DNA from: an uncultured Pseudomonadota bacterium
GTDB lineage: Bacteria > Myxococcota_A > Polyangia > Fen-1088
Direction of reading: 5' to 3'
Length of the DNA: 64,000 bases
Assembly: GCA_963847705.1 (NCBI GenBank)
Contig: CAWKBC010000029.1
Coordinates: 160,001-224,000 of the forward strand
Positions 63,925-64,000 of this stretch are shown here, piece by piece (positions within the stretch are counted from its first letter, which is position 1; every line of letters begins with the position of its first letter). A model generated the notes under the pieces. That model saw nothing but the letters and a program-made list of their open reading frames with translations, was not told the origin of the DNA and made no database searches. The position numbers and the translations under genes are program-made.

Positions 63925-64000
63925 CAACGCCTCGATTCAGGGGGATCAGGCTGCAACGCTCCACGAAGAATTCCACGAAGCGATCACGCAGGGCGAAGGC

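Overview
Very GC-rich bacterial chromosomal segment. Gene content points to Myxococcota, probably class Polyangia: a GltJ/AgmX-like zinc-ribbon/GYF protein, Cys-rich lipoproteins, a Ser/Thr kinase, and FHA and receiver-DUF4388 proteins. Most of it is housekeeping and envelope genes (dinB, thiO-like oxidase, apbE, tkt, tsaE, pfkB kinase, mtnP, pyrR-pyrB-pyrC-carA, hisS, amt, lysC, cutA, recG, M16 peptidase pair, gshA, pyrE). I found no rRNA, tRNA or CRISPR array. The most unusual DNA is non-coding or mobile. (1) A ~1.19-kb unit carries a HUH/Y1 (RAYT/IS200-like) transposase bounded by a 27-bp inverted repeat, with 18-bp and 40-bp tandem arrays inside (9378-10566). (2) A ~950-bp mirror structure consists of two oppositely oriented tandem arrays around a ~190-nt hairpin (52020-52970). 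(3) A dispersed hairpin repeat occurs three times just 5' of pyrC, lysC and recG. (4) A structured 680-bp convergent spacer lies between hisS and amt. Other points of note are two outer-membrane-like paralogues flanking dinB, a vapBC+mug insertion splitting the pyr operon, and an ENSVLFSL motif shared by two membrane-anchored proteins. Clustered indels and a stop at 8.9-9.0 kb and 11.5-12.4 kb may be sequencing errors. All product calls come from motif recognition by eye, not database searches, and several start codons are approximate.
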